Source: Mobula birostris
Lineage: Eukaryota
Direction of reading: 5' to 3'
Assembly (NCBI RefSeq): GCF_030028105.1
Contig: NC_092380.1
Span: 21,663,144-21,727,143, forward strand
Length of the DNA: 64,000 nucleotides
In this document: in pieces, positions 1 to 25,286 of the stretch
How positions within the stretch are numbered: the stretch's first letter is position 1
How the letters are laid out: the number at the start of each line of letters is the position of its first letter
Program-made: the position numbers and the translations under genes
The notes under the pieces: generated by a model
Databases searched by the model: none
The model's input: only the letters and a program-made list of their open reading frames with translations
Told to the model about the DNA's origin: nothing

Positions 1-1201
1 GGTGCACCTGGTAGGACAGGTGTCAGGCCCTGCTGGTGTACCTGGTAGGACAGGCGTCAGGCGTCAGGCCCTGCTGGTGTACCTGGTAGGACAGGCGTCA
101 GGCGTCAGGCCCTGCTGGTGTACCTGGTAGGACAGGCGTCAGGAGTCAGGCCCTGCTGGTGCACCTGGTAGGACAGGCGTCAGGCCCTGCTGGTGCACCT
201 GGTAGGACAGGCGTCAGGCCCTGCTGGTGTACCTGGTAGGACAGGCGTCAGGCCCTGCTGGTGTACCTGGTAGGACAGGCGTCAGGCGTCAGGCCCTGCT
301 GGTGTACCTGGTAGGACAGGCGTCAGGCGTCAGGCCCTGCTGGTGTACCTGGTAGGACAGGTGTCAGGTGTCAGGCCCTGCTGGTGTACCTGGTAGGACA
401 GGCGTCAGGCGTCAGGCCCTGCTGGTGTACCTGGTAGGACAGGCGTCAGGCGTCAGGCCCTGCTGGTGTACCTGGTAGGACAGGCGTCAGGCGTCAGGCC
501 CTGCTGGTGTACCTGGTAGGACAGGCGTCAGGCGTCAGGCCCTGCTGGTGCACCTGGTAGGACAGGCGTCAGGCCCTGCTGGTGTACCTGGTAGGACAGG
601 CGTCAGGCGTCAGGCCCTGCTGGTGTACCTGGTAGGACAGGCGTCAGGCGTCAGGCCCTGCTGGTGTACCTGGTAGGACAGGTGTCAGGCCCTGCTGGTG
701 TACCTGGTAGGACAGGCGTCAGGCGTCAGGCCCTGCTGGTGTACCTGGTAGGACAGGCGTCAGGCCCTGCTGGTGTACCTGGTAGGACAGGTGTCAGGCC
801 CTGCTGGTGTACCTGGTAGGACAGGCGTCAGGCGTCAGGCCCTGCTGGTGTACCTGGTAGGACAGGTGTCAGGTGTCAGGCCCTGCTGGTGTACCTGGTA
901 GGACAGGCGTCAGGCGTCAGGCCCTGCTGGTGTACCTGGTAGGACAGGCGTCAGGCGTCAGGCCCTGCTGGTGTACCTGGTAGGACAGGCATCAGACGTC
1001 AGGCCCTGCTGGTGCACCTGGTAGGACAGGCGTCAGGTGTCAGGCCCTGCTGGTGTACCTGGTAGGACAGGTGTCAGGCCCTGCTGGTGTACCTGGTAGG
1101 ACAGGCGTCAGGCCCTGCTGGTGTACCTGGTAGGACAGGCGTCAGGCCCTGCTGGTGTACCTGGTAGGACAGGCGTCAGGCCCTGCTGGTGTACCTGGTA
1201 G
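1..1201 (+). repeat. 34/41-bp minisatellite (GGTGTACCTGGTAGGACAGGCGTCAGG[CGTCAGG]CCCTGCT)n
   Basis: About 30 near-identical tandem units, differing mainly by an optional 7-bp CGTCAGG duplication. The array runs directly into LINE RT sequence. Confidence 0.97.
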
Positions 1202-1920
1202 GGCGGTGTACTGAAAACTTGTGCCAACCAACTGCTGGGAGCGTTGAGAGACACCTTCAATCTCTCACACCACGGTGGTTTGAGGTTCCCACCTGCTTCA
1301 AAAGGGCGACAATCGTACCAGTGCCCAAGAAGAGCAGGGTGAGCTGCTCAATGACTGTCACCCAGTGGCACTCACATCCACTGTGATGAAGTGTTTTGAG
1401 GGGTTAGAATTAACTCCCGCCTAAGCCAGGAGCTGGACCCATTGCAATTAGCCTATTGCCACGATAGGTCTACAGTGGATGCAATCTGACTAGCTGTCCA
1501 CTTGACCCTGGATCCCCTGGTCAATAACAATACCTACATCAGGCTGCTGTTTATTAACTACAGCTCAGCGTTCAACACATTCATCCCCTCGGTACTAATC
1601 TGCAAACTCCAAAACCTGGGCCTCTGCAAGTGAATCCTTGACATCCTCCTCGGGAGATCACAGACAGTGTGGATCATCTCCCCCTCACTGATTTTCGACA
1701 TTTGCCCATCTCAAGGAGGCGTACTTAGCCGGCTGCTCTACTCTCCCCACACTCATCACTATGTGGCCAGGCACAGCTCAGGCATAAATTTGACACTGTC
1801 GTTGTCAGAACCTCAGCATAGAGGAATAGGATAGATTGGCTGGTTGAGTAGTGTCGCAAAACAAACTTGTAGTCAGTGTCTGCCAAACCAAGGAATGGAG
1901 TGTGAACTTCAGGAAGTGGG
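1160..1920 (+). mobile_element. Degenerate Rex1/Babar-like LINE, RT region
   Basis: Broken frames read [65 protein letters not shown]. Confidence 0.85.
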
Positions 1921-1924
1921 AATT

Positions 1925-2395
1925 TAGAACATAGAAACCTACAGCACATTACAGGCCCTTTGGCCCACAATGTTCTGCTGACCATGTAACCTACTCTAGG
2001 AACTGCCTAGAATTTCCCGGTCACATAGCTCTCTATCTTTCTAAGCTCCATGTACCTACCTAATAGTCTCTTAAAAGACCCTATTGTATCTGCCTCCACC
2101 ACTGTCACTGGCAGTGCATTCCACACACCCACCATTCTCTGTGTGAAAAACTTACCTCTGACATCCCCTCTGTACCTACTTCCAAGCACCTTAAAACTAT
2201 GCCCCCTTGTGTTAGCCATTTCAGCCCTGGGAAAAAGCCTCTGGTTATCCACACGATCAATGCCTCTCGTCATCTTATACACGTCTATCAGGTCACCTCT
2301 CATCCTCCGTTGCTCCAAGGAGAAGAGGCCAAGTTCAGTCAACCTATTCCCATAAGGCAACATCCTTGTAAATATCAAGAATCTCAATTTAGGAG
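1925..2395 (-). mobile_element. CR1/HER1-like LINE 3' fragment
   Basis: Minus frame [42 protein letters not shown] is the CR1 ORF2 C-terminus; 3' tail present. Confidence 0.9.
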
Positions 2396-2970
2396 AGTCA
2401 AGAATGATGAGTTTGGAGAAGGACGTAAAGATACGGAAGGCACTGGCGTGGAGGGCTATGAACAACATGAAGGAAATCCGGAAGTCAAATCTGACCAGAG
2501 GGCTTAAAAAGAGGATCTTCATAGCAGTCATAGAGTCCATTCTCTCATACGGATGCGAGACATGGACACTCACCAAGACTATGCGAAAGTCTCTAGATGG
2601 TTGCTATACACGAATGCTCCGGATGGCTCTTGACGTGAGTGGGCAACAGCACATGATGAACGCCGAGCTCTATGACGACTTACCAATGCCCACCACTAAA
2701 ATCAAGGCAAGAAGACCGCAACTAGCGGGGCACTGTCTACGCCACCCCGAGCTACCTGCCACCCTAGTCATCATATGGGAGCCCAAGCATGGGAGGATGA
2801 ACCCTGGGTGTCCTCCCAAGACCATGGTCAACATGCTCCTAGAAGACAGCGGTGCGGCTAATGTAGATAAACTGAACACACTGATGAGGGAGAGGGAGAA
2901 GTGGAGAGTCCGTCATCATGCCCGATGCCGGAACCCTAGGACTGAGTGGAAGTCGTCGTAGTAGTAGTAG
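2396..2970 (+). mobile_element. RTE/RTEX-like LINE 3' fragment
   Basis: ORF 2404-2961 (IESILSYGCETWTLT..LDGCYTRMLR..AGHC.RH) ends in a (GTC/GTA)n tail. Confidence 0.8.
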
Positions 2971-2974
2971 TCAA

Positions 2975-3612
2975 TTTTGAAGACCCATCAGTCTCCATGG
3001 AGGGGTCAGCAGGCGAAGGGGTGGGCGGGTTCAAATTCTGGGCGTCAACATCTCGGAGGATCTATCGGGGGCCCAAAAAATTGATGCAATCGTGAAGAAA
3101 GCATGTCAGTGGCTCGACTTCATCGGGAGTTTGAGGAGATCCGGTATGTCACCAAAAACTCTAGCAAGTTTCTACAGGAATACGGCAGAGAGCATCGCAG
3201 ACTGATAGGCAAGGGCCAATGCACAGGATCACAAGAGGGTTGTAGTCTGAGACAGCTCCATCACTGGCACAGCCCTTCCCAAGCAGCAAGGATATCTTCA
3301 CGAAGTGATGTCTGAAGAAGGTGGCTTCCATCATTAAGTAAGTCCCTCACCATTTGGGACAGGCCTTCTTCAAGGAGGAGGTACAGGAGCTTGAAGACCC
3401 ACACTCAGCAGTTCATAAACTGCTTATTCCCCTCTGTCATCACATTTCTTAACAGCTCATGAACATTGCCTCATTATTCGTCTTTTGCAGTATTTATTAA
3501 CTTTTTTTTCTATTTTTAACAAAATGATTTGTTAGGCATGTAACTGTACTACTGCCACAAACAACAAAATTCACTATTTATGTCAATGGTAAAATAAACT
3601 GATTCGGATTCT
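2975..3612 (+). mobile_element. Rex1/Babar-like LINE 3' end, likely continuing 1160-1920
   Basis: Degenerate FKF.GVNISEDL motif, GRRYRSL-like segment, AATAAA and (GATTC)n tail. Confidence 0.75.
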
Positions 3613-3639
3613 TGCTCTCTCCTTCCTCATCGTTCACTC

Positions 3640-3800
3640 CCTCCTTACCTTCTCCTTCCCACCCTCTCCCCACCTTCTTTACAGGGCCTCTGCCCCTTCC
3701 CCCTACGATCCTGACGAAGGGTTCCGGCCCGAAACGTCGACCGATCTTTTCCACTGATGCTGCCCGACCTGCTGAGTTCCTCCAGCGTGTTGTGAGTGCT
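3640..3800 (+). mobile_element. Penelope-like element 3' UTR fragment with minimal hammerhead motif (3706-3743)
   Basis: CTGACGA-AGGG-TTCCGG-CCC-GAAA-CGTC-GAC followed by GATGCTGCC..CTGCTGAGTTCCTCCAGC; same tail as the element at 27120-29262. Confidence 0.8.
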
Positions 3801-3869
3801 CCTTACCTTCTTCCTCCCTCCCTAGCCTCCCCATCTCACCTCTCACACCCCTCCGTCCCTCCGCCTGGC

Positions 3870-4199
3870 ATCCCATCGCCGAGGAGGCGCAGTCTCCGGG
3901 AGGACCAAGTCGATGTTTCCATGGTAACCCGTGAAGCCAAGCGCCTCCTGTTTGCCCCTCAGTGCTGGGGGCCAGCGGCCGACGGAAGGCAGCGTCATGA
4001 CGTCAGGGGACTGAGCAGACGACGCGCAGACGTCCGGGCCCCGCGGCGGATGGTGACTCGGCGCGTTGACGTCAGCGCCCAGCGGAGGGCGGAGGGACGG
4101 ACGGGCGTCGGACGGCGGACGGCGGGACAGCGGAATCAGTGGCGGCACCCGCCGAGGGAGGGAGGGGAGGCCCGGGCCTGCGGCCCCGGGGATCACCCT
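3870..4199 (+). promoter_or_regulatory. CpG-island promoter of the RAB35-like gene, with an RFX X-box and two CRE sites
   Basis: CpG-dense. GTTTCCATGGTAAC at 3915-3928; TGACGTCA at 3998-4005 and 4067-4074. Confidence 0.8.
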
Positions 4200-17642
<13,443 letters not shown>

Positions 17643-17804
17643 TCCAAGTGTCCAGGGGTGGGTGGGGAGCGGCACGGGTTGGGGTGGTAGCAGGTGGACC
17701 CAGGGGAGCCAGCACACCTGACCCCAGCCCTCTGCAGCTCACCCAACAGGCAGGGGTACTGTCTGGGCCTGCCCACCTCCACCAGGTCCTAATGCCCGTA
17801 CTGA

Positions 17805-17838
17805 TGTGTGTGTGTGTGTGTGTGCGTGTGTGTGTGTG
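17805..17838. repeat. (GT)n microsatellite in the 3' UTR
   Basis: Direct reading. Confidence 0.9.
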
Positions 17839-19129
17839 CATTTGCACTGGATCCTTTCCTGGGTCCTATCAATCAGTGATGTAACTACTGGATCCTCAGA
17901 GATCTCTAGCTCGTTGATGTAATTACTAGATCTCCCCAAATCCCATTGGCTAGTTCTGTAATTACTGCTGTACCCCATGTGGGTTCTCTACTTAAGTGTT
18001 GTAATTACTGGATTTTCCTGGATCCTATTGGCTAGTCCTGTAATTACTGGATCCCTTAAGTCCAATTGATCTGTATTAACTGGTTACACTGGCCAGTGAT
18101 GTATGGGCTATTGGGATTTTATTGGATGATTGTGTGTTTAGCGATTTCTCCGGATCCTGTTGGTCTGCGGTGTATTGAGTGGGTTCTGACAGGGTTTGCT
18201 TTTGGACTTCCGCCACACGATTGAGCTTACTGGGTTCCCCGTGATTCAGATGTCCACAGTGTGGGGTCCAGATGCTTGCGGTATGGGCACTAAGACCCAA
18301 ATGAGCACATTCAGTGGGTTTCCCAGGGTCCTGTTAGATGTCTGCAGCATTGTGCTCGGTGGATTCCTCAGGGTCCAAGTGTCCGCAGCATTCCTAAGGT
18401 CTAAATTCTTGCAGTATTTTGTTCTGTGCCCACGTGGGTGTATTCAGTGGGCTCCCCAGGGTCCAAACATGAAATATTTTGCTCTATTAGTTCTGCTGGG
18501 TTCAAATGTCTGCACTATTATGCTGAGTGGAGTCCCAGTACCCTCTCTGAATTCCAGGGGATCCTAATGCCCACAACTGTTCCATCTGGCAAGGCTTCCC
18601 TAGCATAAAAGGCATTGTAGTGTTCCTCGGGTTTCCTCCCAGGGGCCAAATGTCCACATCACTTGCATTTGTTAGGCACCCCGAGGTCCTAATGCCCTAC
18701 GCCTTAGCATTTGGTGGGTTCCCCAGTGTCCGAGAGTGCGCCCCGTTCCACCCCAACAGTAGTGGAGTGAGGCAGTAATTCCTAATTGGAATTCCTCTGC
18801 CTGATGAATGCCAGATGCCAGATGGGTGCCAGACCAACTGGGGAACACCTCCGGATGGTGGGGGGAGTTGATGAGACCCCAGGAATGGGAGACAGGCTTA
18901 TCTTGCAGAGGTTTCACCTTTCTCCATGGTTCCAGAACGGGAGGCAACAAGGTTTTTAGTCATCAACCTGGCCTTGCACTGGTCTGAATTTAGGTGAGAA
19001 GGGTGAGTCAGTGTGGGGTCTCACTAAATCCTGCCCACCAGGGTCCAAAAAGGCACTGGGAGGGTGAATGAAATGACACAGGTCTAACAGTGTGTGTGGC
19101 CTCAAGCACTAAACACACACACCTCATTA

Positions 19130-19830
19130 TAACCCTAATACGCCCCATAACACTCACTGTGACACCAACACCCCCTCACTCTTCACTGTAAAACTGATAC
19201 CTCCCCCCACCAACACAGATCCTGCACCTCTCACTGTAACATTAATACTCTCCCTCATCCCTCACCGCAACACTGATACTTCCTGCACCCCTCACCGTAA
19301 CACTGATATCCCCACCCCAACACAGATTTCCCCCACACCTCACTGTAACACTGACTCTTCCTCACCATAACACCGATACTCCCTACACTCCTGATTGTAA
19401 CACCGATACCCCTACCCCAGTGTAACACCAATACCTCCCACCCCAACACAGATTTCCCACACACCTCACTGTAAAACCGATACTCCCTATACCCCTCACT
19501 GTAACACTAATGCTCCACATAACACTCGCTTTGTCACTGACACACACTTAACACCGGTACCCTCCACCCCTCACTGTAACACTAACACTCCCCATAACAC
19601 TTGCTTTGTCACTGACACACACCTAACACCAGTACCCTCCCACCCCTCACTGTAACACTGATCCCCCACCCCAACACAGATTTCCCACACCCCTCACTGT
19701 AACACTAACACTCCCCATAACACTCGCTTTGTCACTGACACATACCTAACACCAGTACCCTCCCACACCTCACTGTAACACCGGTAACCCCACACCGTGC
19801 ACCCCTCACCGTAACCCGTGCACCTGATTT
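19130..19830 (+). repeat. ~25-30-bp minisatellite (CCCCTCACTGTAACACTGATACTC)n
   Basis: Recurring CTCACTGTAACAC core. Confidence 0.9.
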
Positions 19831-20259
19831 CCCACTCATAGTGATTTTGATCTGCCCCTCACTGTTTCACTCGATGTCAGTGGGATTATGATGTCTCCTG
19901 CTACACTGCTCATTGCAGGAATGGTCCTGCCTCCCTCCCACAGTCGGACCAAACTCTCCCCCCACCCAAATTTCCTTCCCCTCGTCCCTTTCCCGCTCTC
20001 TGTCAACACTCTGATATCGCGAATTAACTAACGCCACCCCAGATGATTTTGCACTAATGCTAATTATGGTTTCTCTGAAATTTATAACCTCTCTCTGTAA
20101 TATTTGTATAAATTTTTTTTTGTCGCTGGGAATGTAACCGATCATGGAATCAAATAATGTATGAAGTAAAATTTAAATTGAGATAAAACATCGCCAAGGT
20201 TTCAGTAATTTGTCCTCCCCCTCCCTACCCACACTTGGGGAGGAGAGGAACACATCACC

Positions 20260-20450
20260 TGTCACCCACCCTCTGGGACCGGGCTTCTGACACACAGTCC
20301 CGTCCCCCACCCTCTGGGAACAGGCTTCTGACACACAGTCCCGTCCCCCACCCTCTGGGAACAGGCTTCTGACACACAGTCCCGTCCCCCACCCAGGGCC
20401 GGGCTTCGGGTTCACAGTCCTCTCTTCCCCCTCTGTGACCAGGTGTCAGA
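20260..20450 (+). repeat. ~41-bp tandem repeat (GGCTTCTGACACACAGTCCCGTCCCCCACCCTCTGGGAACA)
   Basis: 3-4 tandem copies. Confidence 0.85.
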
Positions 20451-20474
20451 TACACAACCAGATGATCATTGATA

Positions 20475-20480
20475 TTTATT
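20475..20480 (-). terminator. Polyadenylation signal of HCFC1R1
   Basis: AATAAA on the minus strand about 40 nt past the stop codon. Confidence 0.7.
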
Positions 20481-20518
20481 TCTGACGTGGGTCAGTCCCC
20501 AACCCGGCCACCCTCTGG

Positions 20519-20684
20519 TCAGACGTCCATCTCCTCCTCCTCGGCTGCCCTTCTCTCTCGGTTCCTCGGGGTGGTGGGACCGGCGACCCCCGTCTCGCTG
20601 CCGGACAGGCCGAGGGACCGTATGGCTCGATGGGCCGAGTGTCCCGGGGGCTGCCACAGCAACAGCTCCATGCAGGGGTGGTTC
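20519..20684 (-). CDS. hcfc1r1: HCFC1R1 exon 5
   Basis: NHPCMELLLWQPPGHSAHRAIRSLGLSGSETGVAGPTTPRNRERRAAEEEEMDV*. Confidence 0.88.
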
Positions 20685-23600
20685 CTGGCGGGGTGAAGAC
20701 ACAGAGGTCAGCGGGCTCTGGATCAATCCCTCCTCACTGGCCCTTCCTTCCCTCACTCCTGTAACCCCTCCTTCCCCTTGCTCCTGATAGTCTCCACCCC
20801 CCCTTACTTCTGTGCCTCCCACCCTCCCCTTCTGCCTCCATTTTCACTGGCCCATCCTCTCCCATCGCAGGTGTAGGGAAAGGAAGGGGTGGGAGGCCTA
20901 TCTCTGTCTTGTCTAGTCTCTCTCAATCTCTCTCCTTGTACCTCTTTCCCCTATCTCTCACCCCATCCCCTCATTGCCCCTCTCCCTCTAACAATACCCC
21001 TCATTCCCTCCTCACTGTCTCTTCTCGCTCCCTCACTGACCCTGGGGTCAGGGAAGGTGGGAGTCACTCACAGGGAATGCAGAATCTCTGGGGGAAGGAT
21101 GTCCACCGGACGGCTCAGCTCGAGCTGCAGATCAGGGGAGAGAACAAGGACCCGACTGTCGCTCATGTCAAACATCCCATCCAGCTCCACGTCCTTGTCC
21201 AGCACTTCCTCCTCCAGCTCCGTCCTGAGCCTGGGGGGTTCACGGAGTACAGACACAGAATGAGAATCCCCCTACTCCATCCCACCACACATTCCCAGAT
21301 CAGACACAGAGTGAAGCTACTCCCACACTGTCCCATCACACACTCCCGGGGTCAGACACAGTGAAACTCCCCCCACACTGTCCCATCACACACTCCCGGG
21401 GTCAGACACAGAGTGAAGCTCCCTCCACACCGTCCCATCATACACTCCCAAATCAGACACAGAGTGAAGCTCCCTCCACACGGTCCCATCACACACTCCC
21501 GGGGTCAGACACAGGATGAAGCTACCCCCACACTGTCCCATCACACACTCCCAAATCAGACACAGAGTGAAGCTCCCTCCACACGGTCCCATCACACACT
21601 CCCGGGGTCAGACACAGAGTGAAGCTCCCTCCACATCGTCCCATCACACACTCCCGGGGTCAGACACAGTGAAACTCCCCCCACACTGTCCCATCACACA
21701 TTCCCAAATCAGACACAGAGTGAAGCTCTCTCCACATCGTCCCATCACACACTCCCGGGGTCAGACACAGTGAAACTCCCCCCACACTGTCCTGTCACAC
21801 ACTCCCGGGCTCAGACACAGTGAAACTCCCCCCACACTGTCCCATCACACACTCCCGGGGTCAGACATGGGGTGAAGCTTCCTCCACAGTGTCCTATCTC
21901 ACACTCCCGGGGTCAGACACAGTGAAACTCCCTCCACATCGTCCCATCACACACTCCCGGGGTCAGACACAGTGAAGCTCCCCCCACACTGTCCCATCAC
22001 ACATTCCCAAATCAGACACAGGATGAAGCTACCCCAACACTGTCCCATCACACACTCCCGGGGTCAGACATAGAGTGAAACTCCCTCCACACTGTCCCAT
22101 CACACACTCCCGGGGTCAGACACAGTGAAACTCCCCCCACACTGTCCCATCACACATTCCCAAATCAGACACAGAGTGAAGCTCTCTCCACACTGTCCCA
22201 TCACACACTCCCGGGGTCAGACATGGGGTGAAGCTTCCTCCACAGTGTCCTATCTCACACTCCCGGGGTCAGACACAGTGAAACTCCCTCCACACCATCC
22301 CATCACACCCTCCCGGGGTTAAACTCCCTTCACACAGTCCCATTACCCACTGTGGGGTTACAGACATTGCGTGAGGCTCCCTTCACACCATCCCATCACA
22401 CACTCCCGGGGTCACACATAGTGAAACTCCCTCCACACTGTCCCATCACACACTCCTGGGGTTAAACTCCCATCACACAGTCCCATTACCCACTGTGGGG
22501 TTAGACATTGCGTGAGGCTCCCCCCACACCATCCCATCACACACTCCCGGGGTCAGACAGTGAAACTACCCCCACGCCATCCCATCACACACTCCTAGGG
22601 TCAGACACAGTGAAACTCCCTCCACACCGTCCCATCACACATTCCCAGAGGTTACCTGTCCTCTGGGTCCTGGTAGCTGTCTGGGCCCCCTGCCGTTGCT
22701 CGGTTCCGGGACATAGGAAAACCGTTGGTACTGTAAACATGGTCGTTACCGAGACTCAAGCAGGTGAATCGCTCTGCCATGGCTTCCTCTGATAAGAAGT
22801 GTTTGGGTGAGGGACCCCTGGATGGAGATCAAAGGGGGAGATAAGATTTCCATTCCCTTCTTTGTATCCTTTGGACCAACAATGGGAGCACTGCACAGTT
22901 CCCATCTCTATCCCATAGGTTACTACCGCTCCGGAAGCACCGTACACAGTTCGTCTCCGTATCCACTTGGTCAGACCCACTCCAGGAGCACCGTATACGG
23001 TTCTTGTCTCCGGATTCCTCTGGGTCAGACTCTCACTGGACGCAGTGTGCACAGTTCCCAGCCTGGGAGCCCCAACACCAGGAAGGGATGAAGTGGTTCA
23101 CCCCCAACTTCTCAAGGGGTTGGGACTAGGCATTGAATACTGGGGGTATTTCAGAAACACGTTTGACACTTACTCGGCTTCCTTTTCAAAGTGTCGTTTA
23201 ATCTTCATCGTCCTCGGGCATTCGATCCTCCTGTCAGAGAGGGAATCGGAAAGGCAGTCAAACTCACCTCCACCCTGTCCCATCACACACTCCTGGGGTC
23301 AGACACAGAGTGAAGCTCCCTCCACCCTGTCCCATCACACACTCCCAGGGTGAGACACAGAGTGAAGCTCCCTCTGCACCGTCCCATCACACACTCCCGG
23401 GGTCAGACACAGAGTGAAGCTCCCTCCACACGGTTCCGTCACACACTCCCAGGGTCAGGCACAGAGTGAAGCTCTCTCCGCACCGTCTCATCACACACTC
23501 CCAGGGTCAGACACAGAGTGAACCTCCTTCAACACCGTCCCATCACGCACTCCCGGGGTCAGGCACAGAGTGAAGCTCCCTCCGCACCGTCTCATCACAC

Positions 23601-25286
23601 ACTCCCGGGGTCAGACACAGACTGAAGCTCCCTCCACACCGTTCCATCACACATTTCCGAGGTCAGACAGAGTGAAGCTCCCTCCACCCCGTCCCATCAC
23701 ACACAATCCCAGGGTCAGACACAGAGTGAAGCTCCCTCCACACCAACCCATCACACACTCCCAGGGTCAGACACAGAGTGAACCTCCCTCCACACTGTCC
23801 CATCACACACTCCCGGGGTCAGACACAGAGTGAAGCTCCCTCCACACCAACCCATCACACACTCCCGGGGTCAGACACAGAGTGAACCTCCCTCCACACC
23901 GTCCCATCACACACTCCCTGGGTCAGACACAGAGTGAAGCTCCCTCCACACCAACCCATCACACACTCCCAGGGTCAGACACAGAGTGAACCTCCCTCCA
24001 CACCGTCCCATCACACACTCCCTGGGTCAGACACAGAGTGAAGCTCCCTCCACACCGTCCCATCACACACTCCCTGGGTCAGACACAGAGTGAAGCTCCT
24101 TCAACACCGTCCCATCACGCACTCCCGGGGTCAGGCACAGAGTGAAGCTCCCTCCGCACCGTCTCATCACACACTCCCGGGGTCAGACACAGACTGAAGC
24201 TCCCTCCACACCGTTCCATCACACATTTCCGAGGTCAGACAGAGTGAAGCTCCCTCCACCCCGTCCCATCACACACAATCCCAGGGTCAGACACAGAGTG
24301 AAGCTCCCTCCACACCAACCCATCACACACTCCCAGGGTCAGACACAGAGTGAACCTCCCTCCACACCATCCCATCACACACTCCCTGGGTCAGACACAG
24401 AGTGAAGCTCCCTCCACACCAACCCATCACACACTCCCTGGGTCAGACACAAAGTGAAGCTCCCTCCACACCGTCCCATCACACACTCCCTGGGTCAGAC
24501 ACAGAGTGAAGCTCCTTCAACACCGTCCCATCACGCACTCCCGGGGTCAGACACAGAGTGAAGCTCCTTCAACACCGTCCCATCACGCACTCCCGGGGTC
24601 AGGCACAGAGTGAAGCTCCCTCCACACTGTCCCATCACACACTCCCGGGGTCAGACACAGAGTGCATCTCCCTCCACACCGTCCCATCACACACTCCCGG
24701 GGTCAGACACAGAGTGAAGCTCCCTCCACCCCGTCCCATCACACACTCCCTGGGTCAGACACAGAGTGAAGCTCCTTCAACGCCGTCCCATCACGCACTC
24801 CCGGGGTCAGACACAGAGTGAAGCTCCTTCAACACCGTCCCATCACACACTCCCGGGGTCAGGCACAGAGGGGAGTTGCTTTTACTCAGCCCTATCAAGC
24901 TCGCAGATTCGGACAGAGCGCAATTTCCTCTGCACAGTGGTGACTGTCCAGTTTGGACAAATCTCATGAACAGCAAGACTGGACGCTGCTGCTGCTCATC
25001 CCAATGTCCGCAGCTGGAAGAGGGAAGGCCGGAGGAACTGGGGGGGCATCTGGAGCAGTCCCCAACTCTCCCATTCCCAACTCCCTATTACTCTTGCTCT
25101 CTAGCTTCCCTCACTCCCACCCACCCACCACTCTACTCTTTCTCCATCTCCCGCCCCATCCAACCCCAACCCCTACCCCTTTCCTCCATCTACCCTTCCC
25201 TCCGCCCTCTCCGCGCCCCCCCCCACCACCCTCCCACGCCGCCCTCACGGACCTGGGAGGACCGAGACCTCCTCCCAGCCGTCCAT
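20519..25286 (-). CDS. hcfc1r1: Host cell factor C1 regulator 1 (HPIP) homolog, 5 coding exons, ~193 aa
   Basis: Exons 25286-25249, 23230-23174, 22817-22656, 21230-21072, 20684-20519; GT-AG, 582 nt, in phase. MKIKRHFEKEAE..KHFLSEEAMAERFTCLSLGNDHVY..PCMELLLWQPPG..EEEEMDV* matches recalled HCFC1R1 (STKRRLEEEQ, KQFLSEENMATHFSQLSLHNDHPY, PCSELLLW). HCF-binding motif DHxY at 22733-22744. Neighbour of THOC6, as in human. Confidence 0.88.
21072..21230 (-). CDS. hcfc1r1: HCFC1R1 exon 4 (acidic, CCDC117-like)
   Basis: LRTELEEEVLDKDVELDGMFDMSDSRVLVLSPDLQLELSRPVDILPPEILHS|gtgagt; phase 2-2. Confidence 0.85.
21250..22650 (+). repeat. ~50-52-bp minisatellite (CCCGGGGTCAGACACAGAGTGAAGCTCCCTCCACACCGTCCCATCACACACT)n
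   Basis: Fills HCFC1R1 intron 3. Confidence 0.97.
22656..22817 (-). CDS. hcfc1r1: HCFC1R1 exon 3 (HCF-binding motif DHVY)
   Basis: GPSPKHFLSEEAMAERFTCLSLGNDHVYSTNGFPMSRNRATAGGPDSYQDPED|gtaacc. Confidence 0.92.
23174..23230 (-). CDS. hcfc1r1: HCFC1R1 exon 2 (57 nt)
   Basis: RIECPRTMKIKRHFEKEA|gtaagt. Confidence 0.85.
23260..24872 (+). repeat. 52-bp minisatellite, same family, with a ~570-bp higher-order duplication
   Basis: ORF-track peptides at 23570 and 24142 are near-identical, 572 bp apart. Confidence 0.97.

Noticed and set aside
2007-2576. 189-aa minus-strand ORF as a gene
   Set aside because: Chance fusion of antisense RTE sequence with the CR1 C-terminus.
21386-24976. His/Pro/Thr-rich ORFs ([11 protein letters not shown]..)
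   Set aside because: Translations of the 52-bp minisatellite in HCFC1R1 introns.
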